Assembly: GCA_944323925.1 (NCBI GenBank) | Contig: CALUUI010000003.1 | Location: 129,988-193,987, forward strand | DNA length: 64,000 bases | Source: Candidatus Gastranaerophilales bacterium | Lineage (GTDB): Bacteria; Cyanobacteriota; Vampirovibrionia; Gastranaerophilales; Gastranaerophilaceae | Reading direction: 5' to 3' | In this document: piece by piece, positions 18,503-28,172 of the stretch | Numbering within the stretch: the first letter of the stretch is position 1 | Layout of the letters: each line of letters opens with the position of its first letter | Position numbers and translations under genes: made by a program | The notes under the pieces: model-generated | What the model was told of the DNA's origin: nothing | The model's input: the letters and a program-made list of their open reading frames with translations, nothing else | Database searches by the model: none

Positions 18503-21500
18503 TGAAAAGAATATTTGATAGAGAAAAACTTTTCTTTTTTATAAGAAAGCCAAGATTTGCATTAGTTATATCAGTTTGTATAGTAATATTGGGTATAATT
18601 TCTATATTAGGTTTAAAGCAAGAAAGCTATCCGGATGTAACACCGCCGCAGGTAAGGGTTTCGGCATCATATCAGGGGGCAAGCGCTGAAGTTATAGAGT
18701 CTTCTGTTGCGACTGTTTTAGAAAATAAATTAAACGGTGTTGAAGATTTGACGTATATGAGTTCAACTTCTTATGATGGAAGTTATTCATTAACTTTATA
18801 TTTTAAAGTTGGTTCTGATAAGGATATTAACTTAATGAATGTTCAAAACAGAATACAACAAGTTTTATCACAATTACCGGAGGATGTTCAACGTACAGGG
18901 GTTACTGCAATTAGCAGAACGTCAGGTTCCGGTGCTATTATTTTAACTTTGTATCCTGAAAAAGGTGACTGGACACAATTGGATTTAACCAATTACGGGT
19001 CAATATACATAAAAGACGAGTTGAAGCGTGTTGATGGGGTTGCGGATGTAAGTGTTTTTGGTTCGGGCGACTATTCAATGAGAATATGGCTTGATCCTCA
19101 AAAAATGGCAGGTTATAACGTTTCAATAAGTGAAGTAAAATCTGCTATTACAAATCAGAATACTCAAGTTACAGCAGGTGCTTTGGGACAGTTACCTACA
19201 GATGAAAAAAATGCGTTACAGCTTACTTTAAAGACTAAAGGGCGTTTGGATAATGTTAAGGATTTTGAAAATATAATTATTCGATCTAATATTGATGGTT
19301 CTAATATTAGAATAAAAGATATCGCAAGGGTTGAATTAGGGGCTTCATCATATTCTAATTTAGGTCTTGTTAATGGTAAGCCTTCTGCTGTTGTTGTTAT
19401 TTCTCAGTTGCCGGATGCAAATATTATTAACTTATCAAAGGCTGTTTCTAAAAAGGTTGATGAGTTAAATGCAAGAATGAATAATGGTATAAAAATTTTA
19501 TATGTTAAGGATGATTCTACATTTATTCATGAATCAATGAAAGAAGTAGAATTTACTATTTTGCTTACGGCAGTAATTGTTGTTATAATAATCTTCTTGT
19601 TTTTAGGCGATTTTATGGCAACGTTGGTTCCGTGTATAACTATTCCTGTATCATTAATTGGTACATTTTTTGCGTTGAATGTTATGGGAATGTCTATTAA
19701 TTTGTTATCGTTATTTGCTCTAGTTCTTGCTGTTGGGGTAGTAGTAGATGACGCTATTGTTGTAATCGAAAACGTAAAACGTCACATGGAGGAAGGTAAA
19801 TCCGCTATAATTGCGACCCAGCTTACAATGGAGGAAGTCGGGGCTTCACTTGTTGCTATGGCAATGGTTTTGATGGCTGTTTTTGTGCCTATTATTTTTA
19901 TGGGCGGAATGACCGGTATTATGTATAAACAGTTTGCTGTTTGTATTGCTGTATCGATTGCTATATCCGCTATTTGCGCTTTATCTCTTTCTCCTGCTAT
20001 GTGTTCACACTTCCTTGGGCATCATAAAAAGAATGATGATGGAAAGAAAAAATCGGAATTTGCTATTTATTGTTCTGATTTAAAAGCCAAATTTTTAGAA
20101 AAAGCAAATATTGTTGTAGTTAAGTTTAATGAGTTCTTTTCTAAGGTTGAGGATTTTTATATTGAATACGTTAAGAAGTTTGTATATGACAAGAAGTTAG
20201 TTTTAATTTTCTATGTTTCAATAGTTTTGCTTGTAGGAATATGTTTTAAAACAATATCAACAGGATTTATTCCTGATGAAGATCAGGGGATTTTACTTGC
20301 AAGTATAACTTTACCGGATGGAGCGTCATTATCAAGAACAGAGGAGGTTTCTACCAAGTTTGTTGATGGAATTAGAAATATAGATGGAATTAATGAAGAA
20401 AAATTAACAGTATTTGGCGGTGATGGTTCTGTTAACCAGTCTACTGTTATTATTCAGCTAGATAGTTATGAAGACAGAAATATTGGAGTTGTAGATTGGG
20501 TAAAAAGAAAAATAAAAGGTCAGGCAACGGATTTATCACATACTGCAATCTTAAATAAAGTAAGAGCGGTTGCATCTAATATAAAAGAGGCTTCAATAGT
20601 TGCATTTTCACCACCGGCTATAAGCGGTATGAGTATGATGGGCGGGTTTGAATTCCAGATGTTATCTCAAGGTGAATACACTCCGCAGGAGCTTGAAACC
20701 TGGGCGAATAAACTTATAGCAGAAGCAAATCAAAATCCTTCTCTTACAAGTGTTTATACCTCATTCCAAGCGAATGTTCCGCAGTATACAGTTGAAATTG
20801 ATTATGAAAAGGCTTTAACTCAAAAGGTTGATTTACAAGAGTTGTACTCTACTCTTTCATCAATGTTAGGAACGTATTATGTAAACGATTTTAATAAGTA
20901 TGATAGGGTATTTAAAGTTCAACTGCAGGCAGAAAGCAGGTTTAGAGATAAAGCTACTGACCTGTCTGGAATTTATGTTAAAAATACAAACGGTGTAATG
21001 GTACCTGTTTTATCAATAATAAAACTAAAACAAACAATAGGTACAGCTGCAATAACTCGTTATAACCAGTATAAATCGGTTCAAATTCAAGGTCAGCAAG
21101 CTGCCGGCAAAAGCTCTGGTGATGCTATGAATGCTATGGAAGAGGTTGCTAAGAAAGTTCTTCCAAGTGATATATCTTTCGATTGGTCAGGTACTTCTGC
21201 TCAGGAGAGAGAAGCCTCAGGACAAACTGCTATGATTGTGGGGATGGCGTTAGTCTTTGTTTACCTGTTCTTGGTTGCCTTGTATGAAAGTTATACAATT
21301 CCTATTGCTGTATTATTAATTTCACCGATTGCAGCATTAGGTGCTTTGTTATTCCAGATGATGATTAATCAATCTTTTGATATTTATTCTCAAATAGGTA
21401 TGATTACACTTGTCGGACTTGCTGCAAAGCAATCTATATTGATTGTTGAGTTCGCGAAGGAAGAACACGAAAAGCACGGCTTGCCTGTAAAAGAAGCTGC

Positions 21501-21756
21501 TGTTAGGGCTGCTAAATTGAGATTTAGAGCTATTATGATGACAGAATTAGCTTTTATTATTGGTGTTATGCCAATGTTATTTGCACATGGTGCTGGGGCA
21601 AATTCAAGAATTTCTGTTGGTTCAACTGTTTTTGGCGGTATGATTGCTGCTTGTACTCTTGGGGCGGTGCTTACTCCTGCTTTCTATGTAATTGTGCAGG
21701 AATTTGTTGACTTGTTCCCTAAAAAAGAAATTACTGATGAAGATTTGGAGTGGTAG
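18502..21756 (+). CDS. RND multidrug efflux transporter permease (AcrB/HAE1-like)
   Basis: The 1084-aa protein has a 12-TM architecture, VVDDAIVVIEN in TM4 and two large periplasmic loops. Its start overlaps the adaptor stop (TAATG). Confidence 0.95.
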   Translation: MKRIFDREKLFFFIRKPRFALVISVCIVILGIISILGLKQESYPDVTPPQVRVSASYQGASAEVIESSVATVLENKLNGVEDLTYMSSTSYDGSYSLTLYFKVGSDKDINLMNVQNRIQQVLSQLPEDVQRTGVTAISRTSGSGAIILTLYPEKGDWTQLDLTNYGSIYIKDELKRVDGVADVSVFGSGDYSMRIWLDPQKMAGYNVSISEVKSAITNQNTQVTAGALGQLPTDEKNALQLTLKTKGRLDNVKDFENIIIRSNIDGSNIRIKDIARVELGASSYSNLGLVNGKPSAVVVISQLPDANIINLSKAVSKKVDELNARMNNGIKILYVKDDSTFIHESMKEVEFTILLTAVIVVIIIFLFLGDFMATLVPCITIPVSLIGTFFALNVMGMSINLLSLFALVLAVGVVVDDAIVVIENVKRHMEEGKSAIIATQLTMEEVGASLVAMAMVLMAVFVPIIFMGGMTGIMYKQFAVCIAVSIAISAICALSLSPAMCSHFLGHHKKNDDGKKKSEFAIYCSDLKAKFLEKANIVVVKFNEFFSKVEDFYIEYVKKFVYDKKLVLIFYVSIVLLVGICFKTISTGFIPDEDQGILLASITLPDGASLSRTEEVSTKFVDGIRNIDGINEEKLTVFGGDGSVNQSTVIIQLDSYEDRNIGVVDWVKRKIKGQATDLSHTAILNKVRAVASNIKEASIVAFSPPAISGMSMMGGFEFQMLSQGEYTPQELETWANKLIAEANQNPSLTSVYTSFQANVPQYTVEIDYEKALTQKVDLQELYSTLSSMLGTYYVNDFNKYDRVFKVQLQAESRFRDKATDLSGIYVKNTNGVMVPVLSIIKLKQTIGTAAITRYNQYKSVQIQGQQAAGKSSGDAMNAMEEVAKKVLPSDISFDWSGTSAQEREASGQTAMIVGMALVFVYLFLVALYESYTIPIAVLLISPIAALGALLFQMMINQSFDIYSQIGMITLVGLAAKQSILIVEFAKEEHEKHGLPVKEAAVRAAKLRFRAIMMTELAFIIGVMPMLFAHGAGANSRISVGSTVFGGMIAACTLGAVLTPAFYVIVQEFVDLFPKKEITDEDLEW

Positions 21757-21763
21757 TTTATAA

Positions 21764-23278
21764 ATGAAAAAGTTTGTTAATTCAATTTTAATATGTTCGG
21801 TTTTAGTCGCCTCGAATGGTTTGGCAAATGCGGCTTTCTGGAATAAAAACGATGATAAGAATGTTAAGCCAGTTCATATTGTTCAGCCTGAAAAAAAAGT
21901 CAGATTTAATAAAAAACTTGAACGTAAGAAAAATGAAGAAAATCAAAAATCAAAAATCGAATCTTCCAGAGAAGCGGAAGGGATGTATGAAACCAAATTC
22001 CCTACTATAAACAGCCAGATTGAATATGAAGATTTTAATGGCGAAGTAACTCTTGAAGATTGTATTAAACTTGCAATTTCTCATCATCCTTCAATTATGT
22101 CAGCAATTAGTAATGCCGAAATTTATAAAACTAAAATTGGGCAGGCTTGGTCAAATTATTTCCCGACACTAAGTGCTGGTACGAGTTATTCAAGAAATGA
22201 TACACTGATGACGATGCCGACGAGTGCTTTTTCAAGTATGATGAACAGAAAATATAATATGTTTTATGTTCCAACTGTTTCTGCTGATATGCTTTTATTT
22301 GATTTTGGAAAAACTAAAGCCTATGCTGATATGGCAAAGCGTACTTATGAGTCTACAAGATATGATGCAGAAACCAGTATTGAAAATGTTATTTATAATG
22401 TTAAGGTTGCATACTATAATGTTTTGTTCGCTCAAGAGCAAAAGATTGTGTATGAAGATACTGTAAAAGATTTTGAGCTCCAATGGAAACAGGCAAAAGC
22501 GTACTATGAAATAGGTAAAAAGGCTAAAATTGACGTTACAACTGCTGAATATAACCTTGGGAATGCAAAAGTTAATTTGATTAAAGCTAAAAATACACTT
22601 GAATTAGCTTATGCTGAATTAGCTAACGCTGTTGGTATTCCTGAATTGGAAAATGTTATTCTAAAAAGTCAGTTAAATACAAAAGTTTATGATGTAGATT
22701 TTAAAAATCTTTTATCCACAGCAGAACAAGCGAGACCATCTTTGTTATCTGCTAAAAAAAGACTGGATGCAGCTGAACTTAATGTTAGGAGTGCAAAGAG
22801 GGCATTTACACCTGATATAAGCGCTTTTGGGTCTTACAGTCGAGGAGGAAGACAAATTGATACTGATACCGGTTATCAGTTTGGGGTTCAGTTGAATTAT
22901 ACGGCTTTGAACCTTATGCTGCTTAAAAAACAAGTTGATGAGGCTAAAGCTAATTACAAAAAACTTGTTGCAGATTATGAGTTAGAAAAGCAAGGGGTAT
23001 ATTTGGAAGTTAAGAGCGCATATATTAATTTGATGAACTCATTTGATAGTTTGACAGTATCAAAACTTGCATTGCAACAAGCAAAAGAACAACAATATCA
23101 AGCATTTAGAAGATATGAAGTTGGATTGGGTAATGCTATTGAGTTTAAAGATGCTGAAAATACATATTTAAACGCTCAGCTTAGTTATTATTCTAATCTT
23201 TTGGATTATAATGTTAATGCAGCCGAACTCGAAAGAGTTATTGGTGCTCCAATTAAAGAGTCTGAACAGGAATTGTAA
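21764..23278 (+). CDS. TolC-family outer membrane efflux protein
   Basis: It has a signal peptide (VLVASNGLANA) and a duplicated OEP repeat structure. It is the third gene of the RND operon. Confidence 0.85.
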   Translation: MKKFVNSILICSVLVASNGLANAAFWNKNDDKNVKPVHIVQPEKKVRFNKKLERKKNEENQKSKIESSREAEGMYETKFPTINSQIEYEDFNGEVTLEDCIKLAISHHPSIMSAISNAEIYKTKIGQAWSNYFPTLSAGTSYSRNDTLMTMPTSAFSSMMNRKYNMFYVPTVSADMLLFDFGKTKAYADMAKRTYESTRYDAETSIENVIYNVKVAYYNVLFAQEQKIVYEDTVKDFELQWKQAKAYYEIGKKAKIDVTTAEYNLGNAKVNLIKAKNTLELAYAELANAVGIPELENVILKSQLNTKVYDVDFKNLLSTAEQARPSLLSAKKRLDAAELNVRSAKRAFTPDISAFGSYSRGGRQIDTDTGYQFGVQLNYTALNLMLLKKQVDEAKANYKKLVADYELEKQGVYLEVKSAYINLMNSFDSLTVSKLALQQAKEQQYQAFRRYEVGLGNAIEFKDAENTYLNAQLSYYSNLLDYNVNAAELERVIGAPIKESEQEL

Positions 23279-23653
23279 ATGAAAATCGTAGGTTTAAAAA
23301 ATATAAAAAATAATTATATTAATTTAGAAAAAGCATATTCCAGAAAAAGAGCGGATGGTTCGTTGTTTAATGGTGCAAAACTTATTATTAAAAAAAATCC
23401 AAAAGAAATGCTTGGGATTACACCTAAAGGTACTAAATTTTATAGATGCGAGAAGCCTGATGGAGAATTAGATTTATATTTGCTAACTAATAATAGCGAA
23501 GAAATTATCTCTAAAAAAACTTCTCAAGGTATTAGTATTGTTAGAGCTCAAGATAGTAAACTAATTTCTCAAAAAACAAAAGGTAATATTCCCGCAAATA
23601 AGAATACAGGCTTACCAAAGTTTGTGAAAAAAATTTTTAGTATGATTAGATGA
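23279..23653 (+). CDS. Hypothetical basic 124-aa protein, fourth cistron of the RND operon
   Basis: Its ATG directly abuts the TolC stop (TAAATG). It has no TM segment or signal peptide, is Lys-rich, and shows no motif I recognise. Confidence 0.45.
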   Translation: MKIVGLKNIKNNYINLEKAYSRKRADGSLFNGAKLIIKKNPKEMLGITPKGTKFYRCEKPDGELDLYLLTNNSEEIISKKTSQGISIVRAQDSKLISQKTKGNIPANKNTGLPKFVKKIFSMIR

Positions 23654-23660
23654 GGATGCG

Positions 23661-23815
23661 GAAAAATCCAAAAATTGACAAATTTTTGAGATTTTTCAAA
23701 TCCGACCATAGGTGTGTGAGCATCAGGTCGTGTGCGGGATAGCACACAACCTGATGCGAAACCGTTCCCTTTAGTTTGCGAGAAAAATGTCAATTTTTCA
23801 GCAAACTCAGAGGGA
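23661..23815. other. Structured intergenic element: two AT-rich hairpins carrying an inverted AAAAATTGACA(A)ATTTTT motif, flanking a GC-rich 15-bp hairpin
   Basis: Hairpin A spans 23661-23697 (16 bp, loop GACA). Hairpin B spans 23720-23757 (GCATCAGGT/ACCTGATGC plus GTGTGC/GCACAC). Hairpin C spans 23766-23815. The element lies between convergent genes and has no canonical T-run. Confidence 0.4.
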
Positions 23816-23824
23816 TAATTTTTA

Positions 23825-24634
23825 TTATTTACTCATACTTGCAGATTTTTCTGCTGTTTTAGTTACGGTCTCAAGCAAGATTTCTCCAATATTGCTTTCA
23901 TTAAGAACTTTGTTTCCTTCAGCTGTTGTTCCGCCAGGAGTTGTTACAGCAGTAATTAATTCTTCAGGAGTGTTGCCTGTCTCCATAATCATTTTTGCTG
24001 CCCCAAGTGCAGTTTGAGCAGAAAGGGTTAAGGCTGTTTGATAATCAAGTCCAAGACTTTCTCCTGCTTTTGCTATTTTATCAATTATATAATAGTAAAA
24101 TGCAGGGCCTGAGCCTGATACACCTGTTACGGCATCTATATCTTTTTCTTCGCAAGTTATTACTTTACCTATCTTAGAAAAAATATTTTTAACAAGCTCT
24201 AAATCTTCATCTTTTGCATTTTCGTTTTTACAAATTGCACTCATGCCGCAGCCGAGTAGCGCAGGAGTATTGGGCATTACTCGGATTGCTCGTTTGTCTT
24301 TGCCAAGCGCCTTTTCTATTTTTTCAAAGGTGATTCCTGCTGCGATTGATATGATAACTTGATTTTTATTAATATCGTTTTTTATATTTTCTAATAATTC
24401 GGGAACTACAAAAGGTTTGGTTGCAATAAGTATTATATCGGCTTCTTTTACTGCTTCTTGAGGTGTTGAAGTCGTTTTTATTCCAAAATTTTCCCTTGCT
24501 CTTTTGGCTGCCTCATCATTGATTTCTGCTGCTGTTATATTTTCTTTTTTAAAGGTGTTTGTTGTTATAAGCCCCTTGATAATAGCGCTTGCCATTTTTC
24601 CTGCACCTATAAAACTTATTTTTTTATTTTCCAT
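23825..24634 (-). CDS. proC: Pyrroline-5-carboxylate reductase
   Basis: It begins MENKKISFIGAGKMASAII (NADP-binding GxGxxG) and has the C-terminal TTPGGTT motif. An RBS AGGAG precedes ATG 24634. The longer track ORF (to 24787) runs through the tRNA and is an artefact. Confidence 0.93.
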   Translation of the reverse strand: MENKKISFIGAGKMASAIIKGLITTNTFKKENITAAEINDEAAKRARENFGIKTTSTPQEAVKEADIILIATKPFVVPELLENIKNDINKNQVIISIAAGITFEKIEKALGKDKRAIRVMPNTPALLGCGMSAICKNENAKDEDLELVKNIFSKIGKVITCEEKDIDAVTGVSGSGPAFYYYIIDKIAKAGESLGLDYQTALTLSAQTALGAAKMIMETGNTPEELITAVTTPGGTTAEGNKVLNESNIGEILLETVTKTAEKSASMSK

Positions 24635-24670
24635 ATAACCGCTCCTTTTGTTTAAAATTAATATCTTAAT

Positions 24671-24700
24671 AAAAAAGCCCTCTTTTAAGAGGGCTTTTTT
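24671..24700. terminator. Hairpin terminator between tRNA-Gln and proC
   Basis: The sequence is AAAAAAGCCCTCTTTTAAGAGGGCTTTTTT, a symmetric stem with A/T runs on both sides. Confidence 0.7.
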
Positions 24701-24702
24701 AT

Positions 24703-24777
24703 TGGCTGGGGCGAAAGGATTCGAACCTCTGAATGGCTGGACCAAAACCAGCTGCCTTACCACTTGGCGACGCCCCA
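24703..24777 (-). tRNA. tRNA-Gln (anticodon UUG), CCA encoded
   Basis: The minus strand reads TGGGGCGTCGCCAAGTGGTAAGGCAGCTGGTTTTGGTCCAGCCATTCAGAGGTTCGAATCCTTTCGCCCCAGCCA. It folds as a cloverleaf with a U1-A72 pair, G73 discriminator and anticodon loop UUUUGGU, and closely resembles E. coli tRNA-Gln. Confidence 0.93.
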
Positions 24778-24798
24778 TTGCGTCCACTTCTTTAGTGT

Positions 24799-24822
24799 AT
24801 TATATCAAACTTGGATGTCAAG
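24799..24822 (-). promoter_or_regulatory. Candidate promoter of tRNA-Gln embedded in the tilS 3-prime end
   Basis: On the minus strand, TTGACA (24817-24822) is followed by the extended -10 TGATATAAT (24799-24807), about 20 nt before the tRNA 5-prime end. The spacer is short (11 nt), so only the extended -10 is convincing. Confidence 0.35.
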
Positions 24823-26149
24823 TAGTTTTTGTAATTTTTAGTATATGAGTTGGACGTGTTTTAGTTTTTATTTCTTCACTAATTCCCCAATATGGGATCC
24901 ATAATATTTTTTCTGATTTTGCAAGTACAGGTGTTTCTTTTCTGGTATATTGCGGAACCTTTTTTCCGCTCATATATTTTTTTAGAATCATTGTTCCTTG
25001 CATTCCCATTGGCTGAAAGACATCTCTGCTCTTCCCGTAACGAAGTGTTAGCGGAAATTCATCTTCTCTTAATTCAACATAGGCTATTCCGCTTTTATCG
25101 CTTGGAAATTTTTCAGGCTTTTCATTTGTTTGGGTTAGTTCTATTTTGTATTCTCCAAATTCATATTCTCCGCATTTTGTTATTTCTATTGGTATATTTT
25201 TTATTGTTTTCTCTTTATATATAGTTGCTTTTTGGTTATTTACATATAGCCATAAGCCTTTTGTCAGGGATTTGCGCTTCTCTTCCTTTGAGTTACTATT
25301 TTGTTTGATGAACTCTAAAATCTCTGTTATTTTTTTTAAATCGTATTCTTCAAGATATTTTGAAATTGTTGTATAAATTATTTTTTGCTGTATTGCATCA
25401 GATAAGGTTATGAATTTAGCTATATCGATTTTATCTTCATTTACAACATTTTTAATTATTGGGTTGAGATATTCTAATATTATTTCATTCTCAAGTTTCG
25501 CCAGTTTGGATAAGTTGTTTATTGATTTTTTTACATTTGGGTTTATTGTATCCAACTTTGGTAAGATTTCATATCGTATAAAATTACGTTTGTAGTTGGT
25601 ATTTGTATTTGAAGAATCAATATTAGGTTTTAAATTATTAATTCTACAATATTCTTCAATTTCATTTCTTGTACAGTCTAATAACGGCCTAAAAATATTA
25701 TCTCGAACTTCTTGAACTCCCTCAAGACCTTTTATTCCGGTACCTTTAGTTATTCTATAGAGTATTGTTTCGGCGTTATCATCATTGTTATGTGCTGTAA
25801 ATATTCCATCAGCATTATATTTTTTCAGTGCTTCATTAAAAAAAAGGTACCTTGCTTCTCTTGCTGCAGTTTCAGTTTTTTTTAAGTGAGAAGGTGCTTT
25901 CTGAGAATAAAAAGTTATTTCTCTTTTTTCGCAAAATTCTTTGCAGCGCTCTTCTTCTTCATCAGCTTCTTTTCCTCTCCAACCGTGATTATAGTGAGCT
26001 GCGATTAATTTTATATCTTGTTTTGATAAGATATCAAGCAAACACATTGAATCAAAGCCGCCTGAAAATCCTACAACAAAAGTTTTTTTAAGCAGGTTAT
26101 ATTTTTCAAGGAATGTTTTAACTTTTAAAACTATTGATTTTTGCTGCAT
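24818..26149 (-). CDS. tilS: tRNA(Ile)-lysidine synthase
   Basis: It has the PP-loop VGFSGGFDSMCLL, the AHYNHGWR motif and a TilS C-terminal domain. Confidence 0.9.
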   Translation of the reverse strand: MQQKSIVLKVKTFLEKYNLLKKTFVVGFSGGFDSMCLLDILSKQDIKLIAAHYNHGWRGKEADEEEERCKEFCEKREITFYSQKAPSHLKKTETAAREARYLFFNEALKKYNADGIFTAHNNDDNAETILYRITKGTGIKGLEGVQEVRDNIFRPLLDCTRNEIEEYCRINNLKPNIDSSNTNTNYKRNFIRYEILPKLDTINPNVKKSINNLSKLAKLENEIILEYLNPIIKNVVNEDKIDIAKFITLSDAIQQKIIYTTISKYLEEYDLKKITEILEFIKQNSNSKEEKRKSLTKGLWLYVNNQKATIYKEKTIKNIPIEITKCGEYEFGEYKIELTQTNEKPEKFPSDKSGIAYVELREDEFPLTLRYGKSRDVFQPMGMQGTMILKKYMSGKKVPQYTRKETPVLAKSEKILWIPYWGISEEIKTKTRPTHILKITKTT

Positions 26150-27483
26150 TCATTTAAAATTCCGTATTTGATTTCTACAGCATCTACTCCCAGTTGTGCA
26201 AGTACTTTCATTGCAAGAGATGATGGTTCTTCAATAATTGCTGATAACAAATCTTCAGAGCCAATTCTTGTTTTGTTTTGTTTTTTAGCAAGCAGCCAGG
26301 CTCTTTCTAATACTCGTTTAGCACGTTTTGTGTAGATAATTTCTTTATCAAAATATTCGTTTCCAAAACCAACAAGGTTTTCTACCTCTACTCGCATATC
26401 CTTAAGAGTTATCTCTAATTCTTTAAGTACTCTTGCTCCAACCCCTGTGCCTTCAGATAAAATTCCAAGCAGGAACATTTCTGTTCCAACAATGTTTCTG
26501 CCTATACGTCTTGCTTCTTCTTTTGCAAGTCTTAAAATCCTTAAGGTTTCAGGCATTTGTTTTTCTATTGGTTTTACAATGTCATGTATTAGTTTTTCTT
26601 CATCAATATTTAAATCTTTTAGTACATCGTACGCAAGTCCTTTTTTTGCAGTAAGAATGCTTAAAACAACGTGTTCCGGTCGAACAACAGATGAACCGTA
26701 TTCTTTTGCTGTTTGGACTGCTAAATTCATTACTCCAAATGCGTTTGGTGTAAATATTATTTTTCTATCCTCAAATTCAGCTTGTCTTGATTGTTGCTTT
26801 GCAAGCGAATTTGTGAATTTATCTAGGGTTATTCCGTTTTCTTCAAAAATTTTGCTTAAATCAGAGTTTTGTTCTTCTATTATTGCTCCAAAAATTTGTT
26901 CTGTTCCTAAAATTTCATAATGTGAAGCAGAAAGTTTGGCGGCTGCATTATCCAAAATCTGAGAAAGTTCCGACCCTTCATAGATTGACTCAAAACAAGA
27001 TTTACCTTTATCTTCTTCATCTTCGGCGGCTTCGGGGTGGCTTAATTTCTTTGTTTTGCGTTGGACTAATTTAGCTAAAATTTCTCGTGCTTGATAAAAA
27101 TCAAACCCAAAAGAGGATAAAAGTTCTTCTATTGTTGAATTTTTGTCCGTTATTATTACAAAGAATAAATGTTCGAAAAGAATATTCTCGTTTCCTGTTT
27201 TCTTCGCAAAATCCATTGTTCGTTTAAGGAATTCTTTGCATTCTTTTCCAAATGGGACTTCTCGATCTCTTGCAGTCATTGAATATTCGATACCTAGTTT
27301 GTCAAGTATTCCTTCTTCTGTTATATTATACATTTTAAACAATTTTAGCGAAATTCCTTTAGCTTGTTTTACAAGCGCAAGTAAAATATGTTCAGGCTTT
27401 ACTTCACTACTATTAAGTTTAGAAGCTAGAAGCCTTGCTTCTATTATTACATTTACCGCTTTTTCTGTGAACTTTTCTAACAC
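26131..27483 (-). CDS. Clp N-terminal (Clp_R) repeat protein without an AAA+ module
   Basis: Five Clp_N-like helical repeat units are visible (PEHILLALVKQAKG, TEQIFGAIIEEQNS, PEHVVLSILTAKKG, TEMFLLGILSEGTG, SEDLLSAIIEEPSS). There is no Walker A or B motif. Confidence 0.8.
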   Translation of the reverse strand: MLEKFTEKAVNVIIEARLLASKLNSSEVKPEHILLALVKQAKGISLKLFKMYNITEEGILDKLGIEYSMTARDREVPFGKECKEFLKRTMDFAKKTGNENILFEHLFFVIITDKNSTIEELLSSFGFDFYQAREILAKLVQRKTKKLSHPEAAEDEEDKGKSCFESIYEGSELSQILDNAAAKLSASHYEILGTEQIFGAIIEEQNSDLSKIFEENGITLDKFTNSLAKQQSRQAEFEDRKIIFTPNAFGVMNLAVQTAKEYGSSVVRPEHVVLSILTAKKGLAYDVLKDLNIDEEKLIHDIVKPIEKQMPETLRILRLAKEEARRIGRNIVGTEMFLLGILSEGTGVGARVLKELEITLKDMRVEVENLVGFGNEYFDKEIIYTKRAKRVLERAWLLAKKQNKTRIGSEDLLSAIIEEPSSLAMKVLAQLGVDAVEIKYGILNECSKNQ

Positions 27484-27485
27484 GT

Positions 27486-27755
27486 TTATTCCTCATCATC
27501 TGGTATGTTTTCGATATATTCGGCTACTTCTTGAAATTCGTCATCCTCTAAGTTTATAAATGTAATGTCTTCGCCTTCTTCTACTATTTTCATTAGTACA
27601 AATTCTGCTTCTTCATCATTTTTTTGATCTTTAGGTAATAAAAGAGCATATTCATTGTTCTTATATTCTACTATATTAAACAGTTCACAATATATGGTTT
27701 GTCCATTTTCGTCAACAATTTCTATAGTAGTGTTTTCAGGTTCTTGGTTTGTCAT
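27486..27755 (-). CDS. DUF1292-family protein
   Basis: It is a small acidic protein with IEIVDENGQTIYCELFNIVEYKNNEYALLLP. It sits next to ruvX, as is common in Firmicutes-type operons. Confidence 0.8.
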   Translation of the reverse strand: MTNQEPENTTIEIVDENGQTIYCELFNIVEYKNNEYALLLPKDQKNDEEAEFVLMKIVEEGEDITFINLEDDEFQEVAEYIENIPDDEE

Positions 27756-27767
27756 TATTATCCTTCC

Positions 27768-28172
27768 TTAATTTAGTCTTGCCAGGTATTGTTCAAGTAT
27801 AATACAAGCACTTTCCATGTCAACAAGACCTTTGTTTTTTCTAAAGTCGACTTTGCGTTCCCGTAATCGTTCTTCTGCATATTCTGATGTTAGACGTTCA
27901 TCTTCAAATATTATATCAAATTCAGAAAAATTTTTTGAAAAATTTTCGCAATCAGCTGCTTGAGAGCCTTTTGAACCATCCATATTTATTGGTAGCCCAA
28001 TTATTATTTGTTTTACATGATTATCTTTTGCCAGTTTTTTTATTGTTTCTACGGCTTTTTGTTCAGGCTCCCTTTCAACACATAAAGCAGGAGTTGATGT
28101 GATATGCAAAAAGTCACTTAAAGCGACTCCAATACGTTTTGTTCCTACATCAAGCCCCATTAGTTTAAACAT
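27768..28172 (-). CDS. ruvX: Holliday junction resolvase-like / pre-16S rRNA nuclease RuvX (YqgF)
   Basis: It has GLDVGTKRIGVALSD and the DERLTS motif. Confidence 0.9.
   Translation of the reverse strand: MFKLMGLDVGTKRIGVALSDFLHITSTPALCVEREPEQKAVETIKKLAKDNHVKQIIIGLPINMDGSKGSQAADCENFSKNFSEFDIIFEDERLTSEYAEERLRERKVDFRKNKGLVDMESACIILEQYLARLN

Noticed and set aside
23711-23757. The GC-rich hairpin could be SRP (4.5S) RNA domain IV, because CAGGTC and GTGTGCGGGAT resemble parts of E. coli ffs.
   Set aside because: The conserved GGAA tetraloop context and the AGCAGC/symmetric-loop motif are absent, and the helix is almost perfectly paired instead of carrying the SRP internal loops.
23569-24017. 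Two ORFs of 74-76 aa (23569-23793 on the minus strand, 23787-24017 on the plus strand) lie at or near the structured intergenic element.
   Set aside because: One is made of hairpin sequence and the other is antisense to the proC 3-prime end. Neither has an RBS.
24635-24787. The ORF track gives proC an N-terminal extension to 320 aa.
   Set aside because: The extension reads through a terminator hairpin and the tRNA-Gln gene. The canonical start MENKKISFIGAGKM has an AGGAG RBS.
26141-27559. Several + strand ORFs of 60-157 aa overlap the Clp_N-repeat gene. Similar antisense ORFs overlap gyrA, tilS and the RND genes.
   Set aside because: All are antisense to genes with strong family motifs, have low-complexity translations, and lack ribosome-binding sites.
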